A stretch of DNA of 56,483 nt from a virus (Duplodnaviria > Caudoviricetes), in IMG/VR virus record IMGVR_UViG_3300047388_000152, positions 1 through 56,483 of that record; one strand, written 5' to 3'. Position 1 is the first letter of the stretch. Each line of letters begins with the position of its first letter. The notes under the pieces are model-generated. The model did no database searches. It saw only the letters and a program-made list of their open reading frames with translations, and was not told the DNA's origin. This document shows positions 46,170-55,287 of the stretch, piece after piece. The position numbers and the translations under genes were made by a program.

Positions 46170-46764
46170 AAATTTGCCCATTTGCTAGCAAATTGTTGGT
46201 GTTATTGGCATTAAAGGTTCCGGCTGCATTGAGGAACACATTTTTTACAGCGCTTGTGCCGTTAAGCGCAATACCCGTCTGAATTCCCGCCGTAGCTCCA
46301 ACTGGCCCTGCGTTGACTGCCGTGCCACCGCTAGCCGCCGTAGTGATGTCTTGTGCGGTTACGCGGTCTTGGAAGGTGGCAGTGCCACTGAGCACGGAGA
46401 CTGCTCCAGACGCGATTACAGAACCCAGACCTACCTTACAGGTAACGGCGGTGCCGGGGCACGTCAGAGCCAGATTCCAAAAGCTATATGCTGTCTCTAA
46501 GTGCTGGTCGCCACTGGGAAAACTGTAAATTATATTTCCTACTCCCAGAGCCGCTGCTGCTGAGTTTAATGCACCGACCACGAAGTTCGTCAAAGTAAGG
46601 ACTGCTGTAATGGATGCTCCAGTGCTGTACTCGATGCACGAAATCGTGCTAATGGTAGAAGGGGTCGAACCAATAGCAGTTTTCGACCGGATGTACTCAC
46701 TAGAGAGCGCTGTTTTTACCGTCTCATTATTGGAAAACGGGGTTACTGTGTTGATGATAGACAT
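46141..46764 (-). CDS. Virion structural protein (beta-rich)
   Basis: Located in the tail module; A/T/G/S-rich. Confidence 0.65.
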   Translation of the reverse strand: MSIINTVTPFSNNETVKTALSSEYIRSKTAIGSTPSTISTISCIEYSTGASITAVLTLTNFVVGALNSAAAALGVGNIIYSFPSGDQHLETAYSFWNLALTCPGTAVTCKVGLGSVIASGAVSVLSGTATFQDRVTAQDITTAASGGTAVNAGPVGATAGIQTGIALNGTSAVKNVFLNAAGTFNANNTNNLLANGQIFIQWNRFSS

Positions 46765-46876
46765 AATTGCATTTCCCGGTTGAGTTCATTTAGGTCTGTC
46801 TCAAGGTCTCTGTCCGGCGTTCGATGAGAAAACCGGGGGCTTTTTGTATACCGTTGCCCCCTACACGGAGAGAGAA

Positions 46877-47734
46877 CTAGGCCGCAAAGTTGCCGACACT
46901 GGCCGCAGGAAGTCTCCTGACCGTATAGTACGAACCTACCAACGGTGTGATAGTTCCGGCACTCTTCGTGGCCTGTATCTTGAGACTTGTCCCTGTGCCA
47001 TTCTGTAGCCAAATCTTGACGTGGGCGTAAAAATTAACACCATCAGAAATAGCACCAGTCGCGGTCAGTGCTTTGGTAGCCGTGGTGTCATTAACAATCT
47101 GTCCTGAAAGCATCGTCGCAGTTCCCGGAGGGGCTACAATGCCCGTCACGGGTGAAGTTTCGTAAATGATGTTTTGCGACGTTGGTGCCGCACTATTAGT
47201 AAACGTGAGCACTAAAGTCCCGCTCGTGGTGTTCAGGAACCACATATACGCGTCTATCTCATAGAATGCAGAAGCAACTAGGGAGATATTTGAGTTGGCA
47301 CCAAAGAAATTGGCGATGGTGGAGATTGTTGAACCATTAGCCGTTAGACGTTGATACTGCGTGACAGGGATAAATCCTCTCCCACTGGTAGTATCGTTCG
47401 TGGTGTAGAGGGCGGCACCGTCTGAGTCTATATCCCCCGCTATAGGGGTCGTCTTGAGTGTTCCAGCAGGAATGTTGATGGATGCTATGGAAGCCGTAGC
47501 CGCCGCCGCTGTGATAGGAGCCGTAGTGGCCGTTAATCCCGCCTGAGCAGAGATTAGGCTAGAGAATACGCCACCTGTGGGATTGTTGTAAGCCAGAGAG
47601 TTCCAAGTGGTTACAGCGTCTCCGGTCTTTGACTTACCTGTGTCCGTCTCATAACCAATACGGTTCTCTAAAAGTACGGGATTCTGGGCAGTAAAATTCG
47701 CCGCAGTATCTCGAATAATGTTCATCCAACTCAT
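46877..47734 (-). CDS. Tail-associated protein with an MTD/hyaluronidase-type N-terminal domain
   Basis: RDTAANF...NPVL....GYETDTGK.K.GD..T.WNSLAY. Confidence 0.8.
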   Translation of the reverse strand: MSWMNIIRDTAANFTAQNPVLLENRIGYETDTGKSKTGDAVTTWNSLAYNNPTGGVFSSLISAQAGLTATTAPITAAAATASIASINIPAGTLKTTPIAGDIDSDGAALYTTNDTTSGRGFIPVTQYQRLTANGSTISTIANFFGANSNISLVASAFYEIDAYMWFLNTTSGTLVLTFTNSAAPTSQNIIYETSPVTGIVAPPGTATMLSGQIVNDTTATKALTATGAISDGVNFYAHVKIWLQNGTGTSLKIQATKSAGTITPLVGSYYTVRRLPAASVGNFAA

Positions 47735-47831
47735 CGTTCTAACTCCTTTACACAGAACACTTTAGCAGAGCGTCCACAGTAATGTTTATTGAGAAGGGCT
47801 ATCTCTGTTGTTGCTAACGGTCGAGATAGAT

Positions 47832-48533
47832 TTAATGCACGAATTGTTTACGGAACGCCTTGAGGTTATTTTCAAGGTGCACACCCATCGGACTTATCAT
47901 TGTGCCGTCTTTTGGACACTCCACGGGTTCAATAGCTCTGAGGCACTTATCACACAGTGAAATGTTGCCTGAATCCTCATCGTCTGGGACTTCTTCCCAA
48001 GGCAAGCCTCTCTCTTTCAGCATCTCTTGCACTTCTTCTCTTGAGAGGTCGTGGAGAGGTGCTAGGAAGGTGGCTTCCCCAACTTTCCATTCTTTCTTTG
48101 GGGCTACAGTCTCTATAGTCCAATGTTTATCGGCCTTTCGAGAACCAACCAAGTAGAGGTCAAAGTTTATTGGACTCTCGTGCATCCTGTAGCCGTCTAG
48201 CTCTGCGATACACTTATCCCCCTCGATTACATCTCTCAGTAAAGGGATTGCCGCACCGCCTACTGCGTACTCATACACAGCCGTAATTTCCTTGGCGTCT
48301 CCTACGAAAGATAATCGTGATGGTGGATATGAGAGCACTGTTAAATCCCACTCTTTCACTAAGGCATCAAACCTTTCTTTCTGCTTACGACCCCAAGTTT
48401 CCCTACCCACTGTCACAATGTCAGTACTTGACCCGTTTTCTTTCAGTAACGCTAGAAGTAACGTTGAATCTAATCCTCCGCTGAAGAGAATCACGGGGCG
48501 TTCAAAGTCATCAATGTGGGATAGGTCTATCAT
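47832..48533 (-). CDS. PAPS-reductase-like PP-loop protein
   Basis: LFSGGLDS, GSRKAD, PLHDLS..V, C-terminal CDKC..CP. Confidence 0.75.
   Translation of the reverse strand: MIDLSHIDDFERPVILFSGGLDSTLLLALLKENGSSTDIVTVGRETWGRKQKERFDALVKEWDLTVLSYPPSRLSFVGDAKEITAVYEYAVGGAAIPLLRDVIEGDKCIAELDGYRMHESPINFDLYLVGSRKADKHWTIETVAPKKEWKVGEATFLAPLHDLSREEVQEMLKERGLPWEEVPDDEDSGNISLCDKCLRAIEPVECPKDGTMISPMGVHLENNLKAFRKQFVH
48408..48433 (-). repeat. Bipartite motif copy 8
   Basis: Reverse complement GGTCAAGTA-CTGACA-TTG-TGACAG-TG, encoding GSSTDIVTV. Confidence 0.85.
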
Positions 48534-48955
48534 TGTAAAACTGAGCCGCCTAAACCAAACCCTAACCCAAGAGCGTCGGCAACCCCGAAAGGTTGAGTGG
48601 TGGTACTGCCACTGTTATACAGTTGTGGGGCTGTAAGCCCTGCTACCGTCGCCTGTCTACTAAACTGCCCTTGGGCATTTTCTTGGGCCGCTGAAGATAA
48701 GTCCAGACCTTCCGATTGCTGTAAGTCCCTATTCTGTGAACGAAGACTCTTATCTCTCACATCTGCCGTTGTATAAGCCCCTAAAGGACTCTGATAGGAG
48801 TTCGTTAGTTGCTGTTGTGCTCGTCCATACGCGTTGCGAATCGGGGTTTGGTAGTCTGGGCCTTGATTGACCATCGACTGCAACTGTGTAGTTGCCGCCG
48901 TAGGAGGAGGCGTACTGTAGGCCACAGTATTCTGTTGTGTTTGTTTATGCCCCAG
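48530..48955 (-). CDS. Small ejection/pilot-like protein (probable CTG start)
   Basis: SD AGGAGA then CTG GGG CAT AAA; Q-rich with a Gly-rich hydrophobic C-terminus. Confidence 0.6.
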   Translation of the reverse strand: MGHKQTQQNTVAYSTPPPTAATTQLQSMVNQGPDYQTPIRNAYGRAQQQLTNSYQSPLGAYTTADVRDKSLRSQNRDLQQSEGLDLSSAAQENAQGQFSRQATVAGLTAPQLYNSGSTTTQPFGVADALGLGFGLGGSVLQ

Positions 48956-48966
48956 AGTCTTTCTCC

Positions 48967-49024
48967 TAAAACAAAAAGGCCGTTCATCCGAGAAGCGAAT
49001 AGCTCCCAAAACAAACGGCCTTTC
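48967..49024 (-). terminator. Terminator-like hairpin
   Basis: AAAGGCCGTTTG...TGAACGGCCTTT followed by TTGTTTT. Confidence 0.65.
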
Positions 49025-49059
49025 AGCACTGCGACTGCCAAAAGCAGTCGAAAATAAGT

Positions 49060-49512
49060 CTACAAGGTTTTACTGTCTTTTACTAGAGTGAAATTCTTCC
49101 ACTCGCAGACCCTGTTCTTGTAATGATTCTTGAGCATTGTCACTCCGTAGTGGCTGAACCCTACCCTCTCAAGAACCTTCTGTAATTTCACATTCCTAGT
49201 ATGCACCCATCCCATAATCCACTTACACGGCAACTCGTCTCTTATCTTGCAGAAATCTTCAATCATCTCATCCTCAACCTTATGTCCTTTTAAGAGAGAG
49301 AAATGAATAAGGACTAATTCTTCTGTCTTTTCTGCAAGGACTAAAGCCTTGTCGTCTATCAAATACCTCTTAAAACATCCATCACAGAACTGAAAGTATT
49401 GTTCTAGGCTTTGTTTCTCTGAGTTTAGGGCATCCTTGAGCCATTGCGGTGAATCTTGTTCTGCTTGGTAGAACCGCTCTAGGACACTCCTATCCTGAGT
49501 ATCTGCGTACAT
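49060..49512 (-). CDS. GNAT-fold-like protein
   Basis: WVHTRN....VLERVGF motif. Confidence 0.55.
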   Translation of the reverse strand: MYADTQDRSVLERFYQAEQDSPQWLKDALNSEKQSLEQYFQFCDGCFKRYLIDDKALVLAEKTEELVLIHFSLLKGHKVEDEMIEDFCKIRDELPCKWIMGWVHTRNVKLQKVLERVGFSHYGVTMLKNHYKNRVCEWKNFTLVKDSKTL

Positions 49513-49817
49513 TACTCTTCTTGTTGCTGTTGGAACTGGTTGCCCTGTCTATTGCCCGGATTGCCGTCTGGTTGAATAGAACCATCTCCCACTCCAGCAC
49601 CGATTGTTTGTTGACCTACTAACGTAACAGCACTGACAGGATTAGCTGGACTGTTGGTGGTGGCCTGAGTACGTAAAAAAACGTTGGTGGAATGAAGCTG
49701 ATTGCTTTCAGCTACAATTACATTCAAGTCACTTTTGGTGTTTGATTGTGCCGTAACCAATATCTGACTAATCACGTAGCTATCGTCGTCGGCAAATATA
49801 CCATTGCTATTACCCAT
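49512..49817 (-). CDS. Hypothetical virion protein
   Basis: TAATG coupling in the structural operon. Confidence 0.65.
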   Translation of the reverse strand: MGNSNGIFADDDSYVISQILVTAQSNTKSDLNVIVAESNQLHSTNVFLRTQATTNSPANPVSAVTLVGQQTIGAGVGDGSIQPDGNPGNRQGNQFQQQQEE

Positions 49818-51943
49818 TATCTCTCCTGTCCTGATACGTCCCCCAATAAAGCTAGTTCGTGAATCTGGTCTAAGCCTTGACTGGCATCTCCAGTTCCTTC
49901 AATTCTTGCAGCCCATACCATTCCGTTACGGGCACGGCATTTTGTCACACCATACTGAGTGACGGCAGATGACGATGCTACAGATGCTTGGAATGTCGGG
50001 TTAGTTCCGTCTTCAAAGTCAGTAACATCTATAGCCGTGTTAGGCGCTGTGAGATACAACTGCAATGTTGCTCCCTTGACGAATTTCCCTTTAGGACGGA
50101 GTTTCCTAATGGTCTTGGCCGTTAGTTCCACTCCATTGTCCACAAAGTTCCATCCTACATAATAATCGACATCTACAGCCGTAGTATTTGTGTCATAGCG
50201 CCAAGTATCGAACTGAGCCGTGGTTGCGGCACGCCTACCACCTGCTATGAATTCCAAATGCCCAGCAACCGTGGCCGCACCCGTCACAATCATATCTCGT
50301 GTAGAAGAGGTTAAGACGACAGGCATTTGCCACGATTCCTGTCTGAGACTGTAGGGAAGTATCTCACTCTCCCAATATCCATCTGTATTCTTGCTAGACG
50401 CGGAGTAAATAAAACACACTTCCTCGTTCTTAGGGTCGTGGAACACTAATACGTGTCCACCGTGCCAAGTTGCGGTCTGTGCCTCTACATCTGAAGCAAA
50501 AATGTGTGATTCACTGCCTTCGTCTCCTGAAGCAATAGAACGATATACCCCCGCTGTGGTAAATCCATACAGCGTATCGTCTACGAACGCCACATTGTAT
50601 GCACCTTGAAAACCTCGTTTCCAGAACGGTCTACAGGTAAACGGGGCTGCTGGTAGTCCCGTAGGTGTGACGGCTTGCAATGTATTAGGCGTTAGGACGA
50701 ACACACGCCCCGCACTACCCACTAGGCCAATAATCGTTTCTCCCCGTTCTGTGGGTACTTTGAATGTATTGGGATAAGCGTCGAAGTTCTCAGCCTTGAT
50801 AGGCGAAATGTATGGGCCGGGGTTTGTGGTGGTTTGCCTAGCCCCAGACCCAACTCCGGGGCCATTTGTGCTTATCAGGAGAGGGTAACGGTCTAAACTG
50901 CCATAGAACTCAGCATCGGGTGGAGTATCGTTGTCGAAGGAGGCGAGTATAGATAAATCAGCATCCACATAGTCGAACACCCAATGTCCTGCTGTTAAAG
51001 ATGTGAAGGGTATAGGCTGACCTATTTGAAACCAACCGCCTTGAACGGCATTCACTTTAGAAATATCCACCGACCCTGCGAAAGCTGACCCATAGATGAT
51101 ATAGCCATCAGCTTTACTGGGAGGCGTGTCACCTGAGAAATCAAAGTCGAATGTAGAATTGGCAACAGTGACGTGATACCCGTCAGTTCCACCCTGTAAG
51201 AGAGTATCTGTGGGATTCCCATATCCTCCCGTGATACTGGAGTAATAGGCTACTTGGAACGAATAATATCCAGCAGACGTGTTCTTAGTACCGCCAGAGG
51301 CAACCACGGTAACATTCGTATTAGTAATGTTTGGAACGGTATCAAAACCTATATCCTCTACTGTGTAGGTCTGAGTAGACGAGTCGTAGAGAGCCACTTG
51401 AGGTCTTCTTGTAGCAGTGAGTGACGCTCCGGGTAGGATGGCGCCATTCAGGTAAAGAGTGCCAGACCCTACAGAGAGTATCGTCCCCTTGTCCCACTGA
51501 GAACCATTACCACTTAATTGACTGCCACGATTAGTACCAAGTGCAAATAGATTTGGACATCGGACGGCAGTTTGGCCTGAAGCAGTGGTTGTAGGCAATC
51601 TCGATGCGAGGAATGAAGTATCAGTGACCACCTTGGCCACAACTAATACTTCTCCGTTATTAGCCTGTAGGAACGTTTGTCCGTTGTGGAGTTCGTCAAA
51701 GAATGCTGTCCCTGTGCCCGTGACCGTAGTAGTAGTGGTGCTAAATGCTATGGTTCCGGTAATGGCTACCGAGGGAATAGGTTCTGATAGATTTTCACTG
51801 CCCGCATAGGCTTCCCAATAGATATTGGGAACGAGACCTCGCAGTTTGAGATTTTGTCCTCTATAGGCACAGGAAGACTCATCTCCAGCTAATGGTGCTG
51901 AAGGTCTATAGGGTACCGGGGATAGGGTGAACTGAGAGGACAT
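49817..51943 (-). CDS. Tail nozzle / DNA-stabilisation-like protein
   Basis: 708 aa, beta-rich; position typical of a podovirus nozzle. Confidence 0.6.
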   Translation of the reverse strand: MSSQFTLSPVPYRPSAPLAGDESSCAYRGQNLKLRGLVPNIYWEAYAGSENLSEPIPSVAITGTIAFSTTTTTVTGTGTAFFDELHNGQTFLQANNGEVLVVAKVVTDTSFLASRLPTTTASGQTAVRCPNLFALGTNRGSQLSGNGSQWDKGTILSVGSGTLYLNGAILPGASLTATRRPQVALYDSSTQTYTVEDIGFDTVPNITNTNVTVVASGGTKNTSAGYYSFQVAYYSSITGGYGNPTDTLLQGGTDGYHVTVANSTFDFDFSGDTPPSKADGYIIYGSAFAGSVDISKVNAVQGGWFQIGQPIPFTSLTAGHWVFDYVDADLSILASFDNDTPPDAEFYGSLDRYPLLISTNGPGVGSGARQTTTNPGPYISPIKAENFDAYPNTFKVPTERGETIIGLVGSAGRVFVLTPNTLQAVTPTGLPAAPFTCRPFWKRGFQGAYNVAFVDDTLYGFTTAGVYRSIASGDEGSESHIFASDVEAQTATWHGGHVLVFHDPKNEEVCFIYSASSKNTDGYWESEILPYSLRQESWQMPVVLTSSTRDMIVTGAATVAGHLEFIAGGRRAATTAQFDTWRYDTNTTAVDVDYYVGWNFVDNGVELTAKTIRKLRPKGKFVKGATLQLYLTAPNTAIDVTDFEDGTNPTFQASVASSSAVTQYGVTKCRARNGMVWAARIEGTGDASQGLDQIHELALLGDVSGQER

Positions 51944-52527
51944 TATTCATTCCAATCCGCATCTAATAGCTTCAAGTCGCCTCTGATGCCTAATGCAAGC
52001 ACGTAGCACAGGTCATCAAGGGTCGCAGTCGAAGGAAACGTTATGGGGTCAGACATAGTAGCCCCAAATGTAGGGAATGTAGGTACTGACACTGTGACAG
52101 TTCCAGAATAAGTGTCCAACGTAGGCGATGGCGCACGGTAGTTCAATGTATCCATCCCCGTTAGCCATACATACCCTAGTTGTCCGAATGTCTGTCCACC
52201 AGTCACGTCTATAGGGAAGTCCATATACGTGATGAGGTCTCCGTCACTATTACTGATGTTAGCTTGCCCTAGGAACTCCCGCATTACATTGTCGGGCAGA
52301 GTGCCTGTACCCGTAGTGATGGTGATAGCGTTGTCTACGGCAATATCCTGACGGAATTTGATATCTTCTGCTTTCTCTCTATAGAGATAGCGAATGGCAG
52401 AATTTAACATCGCACGAAGCCCTCCTTTAACATCAATCTCGACAGACTGATTAGGGTCAACGCCAATGGCCGTCGCCATTGTTCGCGCTCGTGCAATGAT
52501 ACTTTCACCCGTGGAAGTTACAGCCAT
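51943..52527 (-). CDS. Head-tail adaptor-like protein
   Basis: Size, position, N-terminal helix pattern. Confidence 0.5.
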   Translation of the reverse strand: MAVTSTGESIIARARTMATAIGVDPNQSVEIDVKGGLRAMLNSAIRYLYREKAEDIKFRQDIAVDNAITITTGTGTLPDNVMREFLGQANISNSDGDLITYMDFPIDVTGGQTFGQLGYVWLTGMDTLNYRAPSPTLDTYSGTVTVSVPTFPTFGATMSDPITFPSTATLDDLCYVLALGIRGDLKLLDADWNE

Positions 52528-52826
52528 TAGTAGAGCCTGCGATAAACTTCTTCCTTGCTGATAGGCTGAACGTCCTCCAGCGAATCCATCGGATAGTTAT
52601 TAGTGGTAACTACACTGCCTTGTGTCCGATACACCGTTGCCTGTAGGGGGGCAAGACTTGTGAAAGCAATGATATTACCATCGTGTTGGTACTTCTCGCC
52701 TAGAATTGGCTGAAAGGCTACTTTGGGAGCCTTTGGCACTGCCTCTACTTCAGGCTTTGCTTTCTTGATAACTTTTACGGGCTTTGGTGCTTTTTCTGCT
52801 GGTTTCTCTACTGGTTTCTTTGGCAT
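52527..52826 (-). CDS. Hypothetical protein, K/P/A-rich N-terminus
   Basis: Coupled ORF. Confidence 0.65.
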   Translation of the reverse strand: MPKKPVEKPAEKAPKPVKVIKKAKPEVEAVPKAPKVAFQPILGEKYQHDGNIIAFTSLAPLQATVYRTQGSVVTTNNYPMDSLEDVQPISKEEVYRRLY

Positions 52827-52830
52827 ATGT

Positions 52831-53520
52831 TTATCCTGCGACTGCGTTCTGACTGGCTAATGGAATGTTAGGCATTCCGGTTGAGAGAAGTTGTATTCCT
52901 TGCTGATAGAGTTCCAAGGCTCTTTGTGCGGCAGATGTATTGTCAGACCACCCGACCTGAATACTATTGGCTACCATCCCGTTGACGAGCATGTTTGCAC
53001 AGACTTCGGGTAGGGGGCATTGACCGTCTGCGTCATATAAAGCCTCTTGGGTGGTCTGGTTCCAAACACAGCCCTGTAGGTACGCTAGGGGGCGTGTATG
53101 ACGAATTTGATTACCCGTGATGTTGAAATAATAGAGAGCCGTATCACTAAAAAACGGGTCAGCCATATCAGCCAATGTCTCAGTCGGCTGTAAGGTCAAC
53201 GGTGCGTTTGTTGAACTGTCCGCCACAGAATCGAACACGCCCAAAAATTCACTACCACCATTATCTGTAGAAGGTGTTGAGGCGAGATTCGCCAAGTCTG
53301 CCGAACGTCCATAGATAAATGTTCTAGCAGGATGATTAGCATTACTAGCGATTACCTGTGCTAGTTCCTTACATATCATCATCGTCACGTCCTTAAAGGC
53401 CGATAAGGGAACTTCAGCACCGTCTAAGGCCGAAGCCCAAGCACCAGAGTAGGCAGCCTCCAGCGTTGTTTGGTCTGAGCCTTTGATTTGGGCTAATCGC
53501 AACGCGGCTTGACGTTTCAC
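52831..53520 (-). CDS. Virion structural protein (adaptor-like)
   Basis: Structural operon; start may extend upstream to ~53544. Confidence 0.55.
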   Translation of the reverse strand: MKRQAALRLAQIKGSDQTTLEAAYSGAWASALDGAEVPLSAFKDVTMMICKELAQVIASNANHPARTFIYGRSADLANLASTPSTDNGGSEFLGVFDSVADSSTNAPLTLQPTETLADMADPFFSDTALYYFNITGNQIRHTRPLAYLQGCVWNQTTQEALYDADGQCPLPEVCANMLVNGMVANSIQVGWSDNTSAAQRALELYQQGIQLLSTGMPNIPLASQNAVAG

Positions 53521-53543
53521 TGTTAAATAGCTGAACGGGATGG

Positions 53544-53750
53544 CTATTTACCTCCAATCATCAGATAGCCACCCATCTTTTTCTTCTTGGATTGTGGCGG
53601 TTTCACGGCAGGACGTTTCGGGGCACTCTCTGGAAGTTTTAACCCTTTAGATGCCTTGCCCCACTCGTCTACATCCCATCCTTGAGCTTCAAGTTTGGGT
53701 TTATTCGCATACGCGAACTTCATTTGCCGCTTGCTAACGAAAGGCATCAC
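53544..53750 (-). CDS. Small basic protein (MPFVSKRQ...)
   Basis: Common phage small-protein motif. Confidence 0.7.
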   Translation of the reverse strand: MMPFVSKRQMKFAYANKPKLEAQGWDVDEWGKASKGLKLPESAPKRPAVKPPQSKKKKMGGYLMIGGK

Positions 53751-53986
53751 ATCTTCCCCCTTTCAGCCATTTTGTAGGTTTTCTTTTTCTTACCGCCAAT
53801 GCCCATAGATTTAGCCTTAGCGTGTATCTTTTCTGCCGTTGCAGGACTCGCGTAACGTATGTAGCTCAAAGCCGCTTTGACCCGCTTGGCATCATTTAGA
53901 GGAAAGCTCCCACTTCCGGGTGCTTTCGCAGGGTCAGCAAAGTCGCTTTTAGGTAGATTCTTACGCTGTTGAGTCGTCAGTTTCAT
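53747..53986 (-). CDS. DUF6582-like small protein
   Basis: LTT.QR..LP.SDFA.P....FPL.D..RVKAAL. Confidence 0.7.
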   Translation of the reverse strand: MKLTTQQRKNLPKSDFADPAKAPGSGSFPLNDAKRVKAALSYIRYASPATAEKIHAKAKSMGIGGKKKKTYKMAERGKM

Positions 53987-54129
53987 TTCTGTAGTACCAA
54001 CTTCTGAACCTGCTTCATTATGTCGTCCGGTTTTTGAGGTTTCATCCACCCTGATAGCTGTTTGAAGTCAGGCGTAGCCGCTTTGTACGGTTTGTCCTTT
54101 CTAACACGACTAAAGGCTGGAGTTTTCAT
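53983..54129 (-). CDS. Small basic protein (48 aa)
   Basis: Coupled by TAATG and ATGA overlaps. Confidence 0.5.
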   Translation of the reverse strand: MKTPAFSRVRKDKPYKAATPDFKQLSGWMKPQKPDDIMKQVQKLVLQK

Positions 54130-54527
54130 TAGTTAGAAAATGAAGCTCTTTGCTGTGCCCAAGCGTTAGTAATTGTCTGACCGCCCGAATTGGTGATACG
54201 CAGAAATCCGTCGAGTTCTATCATATCTGCCGTTGACCAAGTGTAGACCTTCTGACTCCCTACCGCCGCAACGGTATCCAAGGCGAATTCAGTGCTAAAG
54301 TCGGGATTCACGTCATACATCACGGAGAATGCGGTTCCTGCTGGGGCGGTGCCATACAGCACATTCAGACTGGTAGTGATACCGGCGTTTAGAGAGATGC
54401 CCACGGAACTACTTGAGTCTGGAATGGTGTACTCAGCATTGTGCATTGACGCCCAGACGGGTTCTTGGGTGTTTGAACTCGCACGTGCTAGTGGAAGCCC
54501 TTTTGAAGGATATAATCCCGTTGCCAT
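54129..54527 (-). CDS. Virion structural protein
   Basis: Beta-rich; SD AGGAG. Confidence 0.65.
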   Translation of the reverse strand: MATGLYPSKGLPLARASSNTQEPVWASMHNAEYTIPDSSSSVGISLNAGITTSLNVLYGTAPAGTAFSVMYDVNPDFSTEFALDTVAAVGSQKVYTWSTADMIELDGFLRITNSGGQTITNAWAQQRASFSN

Positions 54528-54540
54528 AATGTTCTCCTAT

Positions 54541-55287
54541 CTACGCGTATTCGTTCCAGTCCGCTATCGAAGTAATGCGAGGTCTATTAATCCCCTTGAT
54601 ATATTCCTTGAAAATTGATTCCTTGCGGTCTAATTGATACGCAAAGGCTTGTGCCAACTCTTTACGCTTGTTCTGATTCATCGCTTCTTCCTCGTACCAC
54701 TTGGCATATGGTAGAAGGGCTGTAGCCGCTCTGAGTCTTACGAGTTCCGCGTGTTCCGGCAGTTGTATACCGGATTCCAGCGGGTCGTCTGTCCCTAAAT
54801 ACCCCGGAAGATATGTGAGATTGTAGGTAGCACTCTCTTGGGGCACTGGATTAATCTTCACCGTGGGCTGAGCATTTAACACTCCCGCACGGTAGAAACT
54901 CATCCTCTCTGGGGCGACCTGAAGCACAAAGGCTTGAGCATAGTTGCTGTTGCCGATGTACGACCATACGGTGCCGTAGAGTTGGTCTGAGACATCCTGA
55001 AACGCTACCTGAATTTCAGGAATATATGGGTTCAGGGTATTCTTCGTCACGAACAGAATCTTTCCGAAGTTGTCTACGTTGATTAGATATTCATTGGTAT
55101 TCGGCGTGAAGTTTAACTGATAGGTCGCTAGACCCCACGCTATACCTGTATTGTTCAACGCGTTCACCACGTCTCTCTCCTCGCTGATTTCCTGTCTCAG
55201 TAATTGGTGAAAAGACGGGGCGTCAGGAAAAGGATTGCCTAAAAGGTCTCGGCATCGGAAAAGTTGTTCTGTACGCGTTATGCCCAT
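54541..55287 (-). CDS. Head-tail adaptor-like protein
   Basis: ...INPVP..SATY.L.Y...LPEHAELV pattern. Confidence 0.6.
   Translation of the reverse strand: MGITRTEQLFRCRDLLGNPFPDAPSFHQLLRQEISEERDVVNALNNTGIAWGLATYQLNFTPNTNEYLINVDNFGKILFVTKNTLNPYIPEIQVAFQDVSDQLYGTVWSYIGNSNYAQAFVLQVAPERMSFYRAGVLNAQPTVKINPVPQESATYNLTYLPGYLGTDDPLESGIQLPEHAELVRLRAATALLPYAKWYEEEAMNQNKRKELAQAFAYQLDRKESIFKEYIKGINRPRITSIADWNEYA

Noticed and set aside
46877-47734. MTD N-terminal domain suggesting a diversity-generating retroelement
   Set aside because: No reverse transcriptase and no TR/VR adenine-mismatch repeat pair seen in the window; the domain is common in tail proteins.
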